From a bacterium (GTDB lineage Bacteria; Patescibacteriota; Minisyncoccia; UBA6257; JAGOQP01), in NCBI GenBank assembly GCA_021814695.1, contig JAKAHY010000007.1:1-57303 (forward strand): a DNA stretch of 57,303 bases. Reading direction: 5' to 3'. Below are positions 34,096 to 43,105 of the stretch, one piece after another. Under the pieces are notes generated by a model. The model was not told the origin of the DNA and did not search any database. It saw nothing but the letters and a program-made list of their open reading frames with translations. Made by a program: the position numbers and the translations under genes. Within the stretch, counting starts at the first letter, position 1. The number at the start of each line of letters is the position of its first letter.

Positions 34096-35382
34096 TTAGA
34101 GGGCTCCTATGTTATACAAGGTTAGGATTCCGTCGGATAAAACATACAATTTTTTTGAATCTTTGTCGTAGTAGAGATTTCCCTGATAGGGAGTTATCAA
34201 GAAATGATTATTAGGCTCTTTTAAAGTTACTTCGGCCAGAACAATCTTGTCGGGGTACTGCAGAATTAAATGGAAAGAGTCTGGAAACCACCATATATTT
34301 TTAACGTTTTGGGGATCGATAATGCCCAAGCGGACGGTTTGTCCATTCCTGGAATCGAGAGAAGCCAGCTCATCATCCATAAGATACACGAACGTTTTTC
34401 CGTCTTCGTCTTGAAACATTAACTTAGTATTATCATCCGAAAACGCCATCAGTTTTGCGGAGTGTGCGATTTGAACCATGGGATTGCCTGAATAATCGTA
34501 TAACCATAGGGCTCCGTTGTTTTGCAATACGGCGATGAGATTATTTCCTATATCAAAATCTTTTATTGATTCGGACGCTACCGGAAGGGTAATTTCAGAG
34601 ATTTTATTGTTTAAAACCAGGTCAATCGTGTCCATAAGAGTTGATGTGCTGGCAATTTTTTTGGAAATCGGAGGAGACGGCACTAACAGATATAGATTAT
34701 TTCTTTCCGAGCGTATCATTGATAAACTGCCTCCTTCGATAAGGGATAGGGATTTAGCGCTAATATCGGCTCTGTACACCCCCTTTGAAGTCAGGGCTAT
34801 AAATGAGGTGTCCATTTGAGGGTAAAAAAGCAATCGGTTGATTTTTTGTTTGGTCAGCAACAATATTTTTTGTGTTATGTTGGTTTGAACAGGAGTGCTC
34901 TGGCTTAAATCGGTGGAATAGTAAGTGCTTGTTTTTGAGTCCAGCGTGAGCACCTTTCCGCTGTCGGAAATATCGATGATTGTCGATCCTTTGATTGCGT
35001 TCGCGCTAAGCAATGCCGTAACGCTTTTGGGAATCAAATGAATATTCAATAAGCGAACCACCTGAGAGGGGAAGACCTCAATATTTTTTTCGTAATCGTA
35101 GTATCCGTCTTTTTTGATGACGACTCTGTAACGTTTGGGTATAACATTGGAAACCAGAGTTCCCCCCTGGAAAATACCCGACTTATCCTGATACAATTGG
35201 TCGCCTATGTAGATTTGCACTCCTTTGGGAAAGGCTTCAACATAGACAGCCCCCGTTTTATGGATGCTTAATGTAGAAAAATCAAAACGATAGCCTTGGG
35301 AATAGTAGATTGCTCCAACGCCTATTAATATAAATAGCAGTATAAAAATTCCAAACAGCGTTCTTCTAAATGAGAGTGACAT
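34096..35382 (-). CDS. Hypothetical membrane-anchored protein with a PEGA-like domain and a probable beta-propeller region
   Basis: N-terminal TM. PEGA-like segment (VYVEAFPKGVQIYIGD...PKRYRVVIKKDGYYDY). The remainder is beta-rich and repetitive. Confidence 0.6.
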   Translation of the reverse strand: MSLSFRRTLFGIFILLFILIGVGAIYYSQGYRFDFSTLSIHKTGAVYVEAFPKGVQIYIGDQLYQDKSGIFQGGTLVSNVIPKRYRVVIKKDGYYDYEKNIEVFPSQVVRLLNIHLIPKSVTALLSANAIKGSTIIDISDSGKVLTLDSKTSTYYSTDLSQSTPVQTNITQKILLLTKQKINRLLFYPQMDTSFIALTSKGVYRADISAKSLSLIEGGSLSMIRSERNNLYLLVPSPPISKKIASTSTLMDTIDLVLNNKISEITLPVASESIKDFDIGNNLIAVLQNNGALWLYDYSGNPMVQIAHSAKLMAFSDDNTKLMFQDEDGKTFVYLMDDELASLDSRNGQTVRLGIIDPQNVKNIWWFPDSFHLILQYPDKIVLAEVTLKEPNNHFLITPYQGNLYYDKDSKKLYVLSDGILTLYNIGAL

Positions 35383-35469
35383 TTTGCTGGGTATTCCAAA
35401 AGGTCTATAATTAGGTTAATCTTACACCAAAAAAGACCCCGATTAAAGGGCGGGGAGTATACCAAAAAT

Positions 35470-36732
35470 ATGAAATTCAAAGTCCGTGGAGGAAACAAAT
35501 TATCGGGAGAGATTGCAATAAAAGGCGCCAAAAACGCCGCGCTTAAAATAATTCCGGCGGCAATTTTGGCCTCTTCCCAATGTGTTATAAAGAACGTTCC
35601 CAAAATAAGCGATGTTGATAAGCTGATAGAAATACTTTCAAGCATTGGATCAAAAATCGATTTTAACAACGGAGAAGTCAAAATTGATGCTTCGACAATT
35701 AGCTCGTCTCATCCCGATGAAAAGGCGGTTAAAAAATTGAGAGGCTCAATAGTTCTCGTCGGACCACTTCTGGCTCGATTTGGAGAAGCAGAGTTCAGCC
35801 AACCCGGGGGTTGTCTTATAGGATCCCGTCCAATAGATGACCATTTGGATGTTTTCAGACAAATGGGGGTGAATATAGAATATTCCGACGAAAAGTTCCA
35901 TCTTTTCGGAAAACCTAAACCCGGACATGTTATCCTTAAAAAAATGAGCGTAACCGCGACTGAAAATGCGATTATGGCAGCGGTATTTTCGGACGGAAAA
36001 ACATTCATTCATGCGGCAGCGGCAGAGCCCGAAATAAAAGATCTGGCCGGATTCTTAAATAAAATGGGGGCAAAAATTACCGGCGCCGGAACTCACGATA
36101 TAGAAATTGAGGGAGTAAGGGAGCTTAGCGGAGTAGAGTACGAGATTTTACCCGACAGAATAGAAGCGGGTACTTATATTATTGCCGGCCTTCTGACAAA
36201 TTCCGAAATAATTGTCGGTCCGATAATAGAGCGCCACTCCGATATTTTTTTCAAAAAACTTCAGGACGCCGGAGCGAATTTAGAAATTATCAATCGTGAC
36301 GGAAAAGAATATGTAAAAACTATCAAACGGTCCGGAAATTTAATCGCTCAGGACATTGACCCGCGGCCTTATCCCGGATTTCCTACGGATCTTCAGCCTC
36401 AATATGCGGTCTTAATGACTCAAGCGGACGGAAGAACGGAAATATTCGATACTCTCTTTGACGGCAGATTCAGATATCTTGAAGAACTGAAATTGATGAA
36501 AGCGGGTGTAGAGGTTCTTAACCCGAATCGGATAGTTATTAACGGACCGGCAGCTCTTAAGGGCGCCGAAGTATCAAGTTTGGACATCAGAGGAGGGGCG
36601 GCAGTGGTTTTAGCCAGCCTGGCCGCCGAAGGCGAAACAATAATCAACAATGTTGAATTTATAGACAGGGGATATGAGGATATGGACGGTAAATTGAGAG
36701 GCCTTGGTGCACAAATAGAAAGAGTTGAGTAG
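35470..36732 (+). CDS. murA: UDP-N-acetylglucosamine 1-carboxyvinyltransferase
   Basis: KVRGGNKLSGEIAIKGAKNAALK, active-site loop region PGGCLIGSRPID, 420 aa. Confidence 0.95.
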   Translation: MKFKVRGGNKLSGEIAIKGAKNAALKIIPAAILASSQCVIKNVPKISDVDKLIEILSSIGSKIDFNNGEVKIDASTISSSHPDEKAVKKLRGSIVLVGPLLARFGEAEFSQPGGCLIGSRPIDDHLDVFRQMGVNIEYSDEKFHLFGKPKPGHVILKKMSVTATENAIMAAVFSDGKTFIHAAAAEPEIKDLAGFLNKMGAKITGAGTHDIEIEGVRELSGVEYEILPDRIEAGTYIIAGLLTNSEIIVGPIIERHSDIFFKKLQDAGANLEIINRDGKEYVKTIKRSGNLIAQDIDPRPYPGFPTDLQPQYAVLMTQADGRTEIFDTLFDGRFRYLEELKLMKAGVEVLNPNRIVINGPAALKGAEVSSLDIRGGAAVVLASLAAEGETIINNVEFIDRGYEDMDGKLRGLGAQIERVE

Positions 36733-36806
36733 CTCATCCATTTTCCGGGAATATATACTACACCCGGGTTTTTGAGGGAGTCTTGTTTTAAATAAAACCA
36801 ACGCTG

Positions 36807-36835
36807 TTGCAACTTTTTTTAAAACGAATTATTAT
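36807..36835 (+). promoter_or_regulatory. Putative promoter of mreB copy 1 (leaderless geometry)
   Basis: TTGCAA, 17 nt, TATTAT. The ATG starts 7 nt after the -10 element. Confidence 0.5.
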
Positions 36836-36841
36836 ACCATC

Positions 36842-37855
36842 ATGATTTTTACGACTAAAATCGGAATCGATTTGGGAACGGCCAATACCGTTGTTTTTGT
36901 GCCTAAAAAGGGATTTGTTATCAATGAACCGACGATTGTCGCTTTGAGCGTTCCGGAAAACAAAGTGCTGGCCGTAGGTAGGGAAGCTAAGGAAATGATA
37001 GGAAAAACCCCATCCGATATAATCGCTTACAAACCGCTTAAGGATGGCGTTATTGCCGACTATTACATAACAAAAGCCTTGCTCAAATACTTTATCTCCA
37101 AAGCCGTCGGTTCTCTGGGAGCGATTATAAAACCGGACGTGGTTATCTCGGTTCCTGCCGGAATCACCCAGACCGAAAAGAGGGCGGTTATTAATGCAGC
37201 TATGGAAGCGGGAGCCAAAGAGGCTCATATAGTAAAAGAACCTATCTTGGCGGCAATCGGAGCCGGGATTCCCATTAACTCACATTCGGGAAATATGATA
37301 ATAAACATCGGCGGCGGCACTTCCGAGGTTGCTGTAGTTTCATTGGGTGGAATAGTTTCCTGGGCCAGCTTGCGCGTTGCGGGAAATAAATTCGATCAAG
37401 CTATCTCGGATTATATAAAAAAGAAATACTCTCTTTTTATAGGAGAGCAGTCCGCCGAGAATGTAAAAATTGCAATAAGTTCGGCTACTTCTTCCAGAAA
37501 TAAGCGGGAGTATCAGATTAGGGGCAGGGACAGTTCGACCGGACTTCCGAAAGACATCCTTATTAATTCCAATGAAATTGCCGAGGCTCTTCATCCTCAA
37601 CTTGTAGAAATCGCTTCCGCGGTTCAGAGAGTCTTTAACGAAACTCCACCGGAGCTTGTTGCCGATATTATGGAAAAAGGGATTGTGCTTTCCGGAGGCG
37701 GAGCTCATATAGAAAACCTTCCGATATTTTTCAAGAAGTCTTTGGGGGTGAATGCATTTGTTGCCGAAGAGCCTCTTTTCTGTGTCGCCAAAGGCACCGG
37801 AATAATTCTCAACCACTTGGACGTATACAAGCGAACGCTTCTTAATAAGAAGTGA
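36842..37855 (+). CDS. mreB: Rod shape-determining protein MreB (copy 1)
   Basis: IGIDLGTANTVVF, NIGGGTSEVAV, LSGGGA actin-fold motifs. Confidence 0.9.
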   Translation: MIFTTKIGIDLGTANTVVFVPKKGFVINEPTIVALSVPENKVLAVGREAKEMIGKTPSDIIAYKPLKDGVIADYYITKALLKYFISKAVGSLGAIIKPDVVISVPAGITQTEKRAVINAAMEAGAKEAHIVKEPILAAIGAGIPINSHSGNMIINIGGGTSEVAVVSLGGIVSWASLRVAGNKFDQAISDYIKKKYSLFIGEQSAENVKIAISSATSSRNKREYQIRGRDSSTGLPKDILINSNEIAEALHPQLVEIASAVQRVFNETPPELVADIMEKGIVLSGGGAHIENLPIFFKKSLGVNAFVAEEPLFCVAKGTGIILNHLDVYKRTLLNKK

Positions 37856-38763
37856 TCATGCTTTACGGATACGACAATCTTGTCGGAGATTTTAAAAAAC
37901 TTGTTGATGCGCAGGAATTATCCCATGCGTATCTTTTTTTTGGAGAGCCACAAACCGGAAAATTTCTTTTTGCCAAATATTTAGCAAATTATATAGAGAC
38001 CGGAAAGTTTGAGGAATCTACGTCGCCACTTTCGGAAACATTTATAGTCGATTTTGGTTCGGAAAAGGATGAAGCAAGCAGGGACGGCAAGGAAAGTGTC
38101 GGGATCGACAAAGTTCGTGAGATAGAGAGATTTCTTTATCAAACACCGATGAGTTCCCGATACAGAGTGGCTATAATAAGGGACGCTGAGTGGCTGACCG
38201 ATACCGCCCAAAACGCCCTTTTAAAGATTCTTGAGGAACCACCAAAAAGCGGTGTTATTATAGCCACAGCCAGGGATTCTTCGGTGTTTTTGCCTACGGT
38301 AGCCTCACGAATGCAGGGTATATACTTTAAAACTCTCCCGACCGACAAGATACTTGACTTTTTGGCTAAATATGGTAAAATTGGCAAGTTAGAATCAGAA
38401 AAGATTGGCAGAGAATCTTTTGGCAGGATAGGGCGGGCCGTGGCAATAATCGAAAGCCAGGGCAGCCAAAACAAGTTATTCAATATAGTTAAGAAGTCAT
38501 TATCAAAATCATATTCCGGAAAGGCGGAATTGGAAGGGGCTGTGGACGAATTGCTTAAGCTGATAGACAAATCCCCGCTGAATCTGGAACGTTTTTTTGA
38601 AGAAATATTGAATAAAATCAGGCCAAAATTTCTGAATCATCCGCGTGAGTGTCGGGAAATAATGCAAGAAATTGCGTGGATGGAATCTCTCACTGTAAGT
38701 AAAAGAATCCACTTAAAAAATATTCTATGGAAGACACGTTATATTTTATCGGACTCGTCGTAA
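37852..38763 (+). CDS. holB: DNA polymerase III delta' subunit
   Basis: SHAYLFFGEPQTGK degenerate P-loop, QNALLKILEEPP. The start is GTG 37852, which overlaps the mreB stop, or ATG 37858. Confidence 0.8.
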   Translation: MIMLYGYDNLVGDFKKLVDAQELSHAYLFFGEPQTGKFLFAKYLANYIETGKFEESTSPLSETFIVDFGSEKDEASRDGKESVGIDKVREIERFLYQTPMSSRYRVAIIRDAEWLTDTAQNALLKILEEPPKSGVIIATARDSSVFLPTVASRMQGIYFKTLPTDKILDFLAKYGKIGKLESEKIGRESFGRIGRAVAIIESQGSQNKLFNIVKKSLSKSYSGKAELEGAVDELLKLIDKSPLNLERFFEEILNKIRPKFLNHPRECREIMQEIAWMESLTVSKRIHLKNILWKTRYILSDSS

Positions 38764-39791
38764 TCGGAGGAATTCTGATTGTTTTTGGTTTCTCTTTTTT
38801 GGGGGGTAATATCTCGGGAGATTTTATAGGGCAGGGGTCCACGAGCTTGTTTGCTTCCGCTTTTGCGGCGGTAGAAACCGACTGGTCATCCAGCGTTGGC
38901 CAATTTCTCATAACTTTTGATGATTTCAAAAATTCCCATCAGGAAATTTTGGACCAATCTACCCAGCTTAAAGTCTTTGATGTCAGCGGTCAGCTTGAAA
39001 AGAACGTAATGTGGGTTGCTACCGACCACGGTTTATTTTTGAGCCGTGACGGAGGATTGACCTGGAACCGTTTTACGAGCTCCAATAACGAAATTAACTC
39101 CACATCGCTGGTATTCAAAATACTGCCCGCTTCCGGAAACGGAGAAGATTATTTCATTTCCGTATTTTCAAACGGGAAGGGTTCTGTTTACAGGACTTGG
39201 GATTATTTTTTCAATCTGGATAAATTGATGGATTTCGACGGCGAAGGAGCCTATGACATATATCGTTCGGGAAATAACCTTTACTTTGCGATGTCTACCG
39301 GTCAGATTATTCGGTACAATATTGTTACCAAAGAATCCCGGGTGGTCAATGTTTTCAAATCACCGGTACTCAAGATATATCATCCCGGAGACGGATACTT
39401 TTATGTGTTGCTTAAAAACGGAAATTTGGCCAAGGCCGATACGCTTAGCGCTCAGTTCCAGAAAGTTTCGATTCCCGGCGATTGGTTGTTTAACTCGACT
39501 CCGATGGAAAATGTTACTTTCGATTCCGGAAATCTGTATGTTCTGACATCCAAGGGGGCCTACGTCAGCTACGACAGTGGAGAAACATTCTCTATCCTCA
39601 AGAGCATTCCGATCATAAAAAATCAGGTTGATGCTCTTGGCGTTCATAATGGCGTTTTATATGTCGTGTCTGATCATAATCTTTATGTCAGCCATGACGG
39701 AGGAGAAAACTGGGCAATAACCGCCTTAAATAACGAGTTTAAAGCCTTCCACTTTTATTTTGTCGGACAAAGGACGATATTAAGCATGTAA
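38727..39791 (+). CDS. Membrane-anchored BNR/Asp-box repeat protein (Ycf48/sialidase-like beta-propeller)
   Basis: N-terminal TM. Asp-boxes SRDGGLTWN, SYDSGETFS, SHDGGENWA. Confidence 0.65.
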   Translation: MEDTLYFIGLVVIGGILIVFGFSFLGGNISGDFIGQGSTSLFASAFAAVETDWSSSVGQFLITFDDFKNSHQEILDQSTQLKVFDVSGQLEKNVMWVATDHGLFLSRDGGLTWNRFTSSNNEINSTSLVFKILPASGNGEDYFISVFSNGKGSVYRTWDYFFNLDKLMDFDGEGAYDIYRSGNNLYFAMSTGQIIRYNIVTKESRVVNVFKSPVLKIYHPGDGYFYVLLKNGNLAKADTLSAQFQKVSIPGDWLFNSTPMENVTFDSGNLYVLTSKGAYVSYDSGETFSILKSIPIIKNQVDALGVHNGVLYVVSDHNLYVSHDGGENWAITALNNEFKAFHFYFVGQRTILSM

Positions 39792-39792
39792 A

Positions 39793-39955
39793 GAACGCCG
39801 CTCCTTCAGAGCGAGTCAGGGTGTTCTTTCCGGATAGGTACGGACTCCGCCAGATTCAAGAATTAAGCGGTCATTTTGACCGCATCCGGTAAAGTACGGA
39901 AGAGGAAAGACAATTCAAATTTACAAAAAAACGGGCATGTGTGGCCCGTTTTTGA
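39793..39955 (+). ncRNA. Structured 3' UTR or candidate small RNA ending in an intrinsic terminator
   Basis: Hairpin 39793-39826. A 16-nt direct repeat (39829-44 and 39885-900, 13/16 identical) flanks the 7-bp hairpin 39867-83. The terminator aacgggc-atgtgtg-gcccgtt plus ttt lies at 39930-39953. Confidence 0.35.
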
Positions 39956-39980
39956 TTTTACCGGTTTTATGTCTTACAAT
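39952..39980 (+). promoter_or_regulatory. Putative promoter of frr (leaderless geometry)
   Basis: TTGATT, 17 nt, TACAAT. ATG 39988 starts 8 nt after the -10 element. Confidence 0.5.
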
Positions 39981-39987
39981 TGGCGAT

Positions 39988-40533
39988 ATGGACATAAAAA
40001 AAGAACTTCAAGTAAAACTTGCGGAAATATCAAAATTTTTTAAAGACGAGATAGGACCCATCAGGGGATCGAGGCCGACGCCGGCGTTGGTAGAAGATAT
40101 ACAAGTTGAATATTACGGCCAGCGATTGCCGATAAAACAACTGGGTTCAATAATGGTTGTGCCTCCGCGCGAGGTTCAAATAAACGTTTGGGATGCCAAT
40201 GCCGTTGGCGCCATTGTCAAAGAAGTGTCATCCAGATTGAGCATTAGTGCCGCCAATGACGGCAATACCATTCACGTTAATTTGCCGTCTCTGACCCAAG
40301 AGCGAAAAAACGAATTGGAAAAAGTTATCCGTTCCAAAGCCGAGGACACTCGGATAAAATCCAGAACCGTTCGTGATGAAATAAAAAAGAGCCTGAACGA
40401 AATGGAAAAATCGGGAGAAATCACCGAAGACGAAAAATTCGAACTCGTAGAAGAAATGCAAAAACTGATGGATGGATTTAACAAAGACGTTGACGCTATG
40501 GTTGATAAGAAGATGGCGGAAATAAACGAATAA
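39988..40533 (+). CDS. frr: Ribosome recycling factor
   Basis: MDIKKEL...IRGSRPTPALVEDIQVEYYGQ..PIKQLG. The listed start 39937 would place a terminator and a promoter inside the CDS, so I use ATG 39988. Confidence 0.9.
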   Translation: MDIKKELQVKLAEISKFFKDEIGPIRGSRPTPALVEDIQVEYYGQRLPIKQLGSIMVVPPREVQINVWDANAVGAIVKEVSSRLSISAANDGNTIHVNLPSLTQERKNELEKVIRSKAEDTRIKSRTVRDEIKKSLNEMEKSGEITEDEKFELVEEMQKLMDGFNKDVDAMVDKKMAEINE

Positions 40534-40535
40534 CT

Positions 40536-41681
40536 ATGATTTTAGACATAATAATTTTTATCGCGGTTCTCGCGCTACTTGTTCTGGTTCATGAATTCGG
40601 GCATTTTGTAGCGGCAAAAAAATTCAAAATGTATGTTGAGGAGTTCGGGTTCGGATTTCCTCCAAAAATAAAAGGATGGAAAAAAGGAGAAACGACCTGG
40701 AGCATCAACGCCATTCCTTTGGGGGGGTTCGTTAAAATTGCCGGAGAGGACGGCGAGATCGGAGAAAACGATTTTGTTTCCGAGGAAAAAATAGTTTCCC
40801 AAGAGGAAGCGGTAGAAATAATCGATTCGCCAACGAAAGAAATTATAATTGAAGAAAAAATTACCGAAATTGATAAAGCGGCAGAAGTTCCCAGAGAGAG
40901 ATTTTTTTCTTCAAAGCCGATATGGCAGAGGACTGTCGTTCTGATTTCGGGAGTATTAATGAACTTTATTTTGGGGTGGATTATTTTGGTTGTGGTTTTT
41001 TTGGTAGGCACAAAGCCCGTAGTAATCGTTTCTCAGGTTATGAGCGGCTCTCCGGCCCAAAACGTCGGCATAAAAGAGGGTGATAAAATATCGGGTTTTT
41101 CCTCAGTGGACTCTCTCATATCTTACGTAGATGAGCATAAAGGCAAAGAAATATCACTAACCCTTTTGCACAACGGCCAAGAGGAGACTGTGAACGTGAC
41201 ACCAAGAGAAAATGTTCCTCAAGGTGAGGGCCCTCTTGGAGTGGGTTTGATGGCCGGTGGCGCGGAAAAGGAACCTTTCTTTAGGGCCATAGCGGATGCC
41301 ACAAAGATGGCATTTGGATTGTTTGTAATGATTTATGTTCTTTTGTTCAAGCTTATCGCCAGTATTTTCGGAGGCGCCAATGTTTTCAAATATATATCGG
41401 GGCCGGTTGGAATTTTTGAAGCGACTTCTCAGGCGACGGGATTGGGGGCCGCGTATTTAGCCAATCTGATAGCTCTCATATCTTTGAATCTGGCGGCCCT
41501 TAATATTTTTCCTTTTCCGGCGTTGGATGGCGGAAGAGTGTTGTTTCTGATAATAGAAAAAATCAAAGGTTCTCCCATAAGTATAAAAATTCAGCAGATA
41601 GTTAATGGCGTCGGATTCGCATTACTCCTGGCGCTTTTATTGGCCGCCAGTGTTCAGGATGTAATTCGATTATTTCACTAA
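40536..41681 (+). CDS. rseP: RIP metalloprotease RseP (M50 with PDZ)
   Basis: HEFGHF in TM1, PDZ-like SGSPAQNVGIKEGDKI, NIFPFPALDGG. An acidic insertion follows TM1. Confidence 0.85.
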   Translation: MILDIIIFIAVLALLVLVHEFGHFVAAKKFKMYVEEFGFGFPPKIKGWKKGETTWSINAIPLGGFVKIAGEDGEIGENDFVSEEKIVSQEEAVEIIDSPTKEIIIEEKITEIDKAAEVPRERFFSSKPIWQRTVVLISGVLMNFILGWIILVVVFLVGTKPVVIVSQVMSGSPAQNVGIKEGDKISGFSSVDSLISYVDEHKGKEISLTLLHNGQEETVNVTPRENVPQGEGPLGVGLMAGGAEKEPFFRAIADATKMAFGLFVMIYVLLFKLIASIFGGANVFKYISGPVGIFEATSQATGLGAAYLANLIALISLNLAALNIFPFPALDGGRVLFLIIEKIKGSPISIKIQQIVNGVGFALLLALLLAASVQDVIRLFH

Positions 41682-43057
41682 TGCCACAGGACAAGAACAA
41701 ACGAATTCATCTGATAGCGATAGGTGGGAATGCCATGCATAATCTTGCCATCGCTCTTTTTAAACAGGGCAATATTGTGACGGGTTCGGATACGGAAATT
41801 TTTCAACCGGCAAAAAGTCGTCTGGAAAAATACGGACTGCTTCCGAATGTCCCCGGTTGGGACGAATCGAGAATAACCTCCGACATCGACGAAATCATTC
41901 TGGGGATGTACGCCAAGGCGGATAATCCGGAATTGATTAAGGCTCAAGAACTGGGAATTAAAATATATTCTTACCCTGAATACCTGTACGAACACACCAA
42001 GGACAAAACCCGGGTTGTTATAGGCGGCAGTCATGGAAAAACGACAATGACGTCCATGGTTTTACATGTCTGTGAAAGAAATAAAATTAAATGCGATTAT
42101 TTGGTCGGCTCTCTTTTGGACGGATTTGAGGTTATGGCGAAACTCTCAGACGATGCAAAATTCGCGGTATTTGAAGGGGATGAGTATTTGGCTTCGGCGC
42201 TGGATAAAAGGCCAAAATTTCATTTATATAAGCCTCATATAGCTCTAATAAGCGGGATTACCTGGGATCATGTCAATGTTTTTCCGACGTTTGAAAATTA
42301 CATACAGCAGTTTGAAGAATTTGCCGACTCCATCCAAGACGGAGGAACTCTTGTTTATTGCCGGGACGATTCCTGGGTGGTATCGGTAGCCGAGAATGCC
42401 AAAAATACCATAAAAAAAATTCCTTATTCTGTGCATCCTCACACCATAAGAAACGGAGAAACTTATTTAATCTATGAAGAAAAAGAAATACCGGTCAGAA
42501 TATTTGGGAGGCACAATATGGTTAATATCAGCGGTGCCAAAGAGGTGTGTAATTCTATGGGTATAAGCGACGAGGCTTTTTACGGGGCCATTTCGACCTT
42601 CCCCGGGGCTTCTAAGAGGCTGGAGAGGGTATTTGACGACGGTTCAACGAGAGTCTTTAGGGACTTTGCCCACGCGCCGTCAAAACTTAAGGCCAGCATT
42701 GATGCCGTTAAAGAACAGTTTCCGGATTCAAAACTGGTGACATTTTTTGAGCTTTATACCTGGAGTAGTTTTGATAAAAATTTTTTGAAAAATTATTCCG
42801 GAACTTTGAAAGATTCCGATATTCCGATAATTTTTTATGACCCGGCAGTTGTTGAAAGTAAGGGGGTGGTTGTCCCAAGCGAAGAAGAAATTCGCGAACT
42901 TTTCGGAGACGAAAGGATTCGCGTTTTTAACGACTCAAAAAAAGTTGTTGAATTTTTAAAAGGGCTCAAATGGACCAACGCCAGCCTTTTGATGATGAGC
43001 CCGGGAAAATATGGAGGAATTGATATTGCTACGCTGGGAAAAGAGCTGACGAGTTAA
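41681..43057 (+). CDS. mpl: Mur ligase family, UDP-N-acetylmuramate:L-Ala-D-Glu-mDAP ligase (Mpl)-like
   Basis: IHLIAIGGNAMHNLA, GSHGKTTMTSM, EGDEYLASALDKRPKFHLYKP parallels the E. coli Mpl EADEYD..FDKRSKF block. Confidence 0.75.
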   Translation: MPQDKNKRIHLIAIGGNAMHNLAIALFKQGNIVTGSDTEIFQPAKSRLEKYGLLPNVPGWDESRITSDIDEIILGMYAKADNPELIKAQELGIKIYSYPEYLYEHTKDKTRVVIGGSHGKTTMTSMVLHVCERNKIKCDYLVGSLLDGFEVMAKLSDDAKFAVFEGDEYLASALDKRPKFHLYKPHIALISGITWDHVNVFPTFENYIQQFEEFADSIQDGGTLVYCRDDSWVVSVAENAKNTIKKIPYSVHPHTIRNGETYLIYEEKEIPVRIFGRHNMVNISGAKEVCNSMGISDEAFYGAISTFPGASKRLERVFDDGSTRVFRDFAHAPSKLKASIDAVKEQFPDSKLVTFFELYTWSSFDKNFLKNYSGTLKDSDIPIIFYDPAVVESKGVVVPSEEEIRELFGDERIRVFNDSKKVVEFLKGLKWTNASLLMMSPGKYGGIDIATLGKELTS

Positions 43058-43105
43058 ATTTTTGTTTTCTGGAAAATGCCGCCTTTTGGTGGTATTATTT
43101 TGCAT

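Noticed and set aside
39901-39912. agaggaaagac resembling the RNase P RNA CR-I motif (GAGGAAAGUCC)
   Set aside because: The intergenic space is under 200 nt, the match is imperfect, and no P4 partner or other RNase P conserved regions are visible.
39937-39987. N-terminal 17-aa extension of frr in the ORF track (MCGPFLILPVLCLTIGD)
   Set aside because: The extension overlaps an intrinsic terminator and contains a -35/-10 promoter. The canonical RRF N-terminus begins at ATG 39988.
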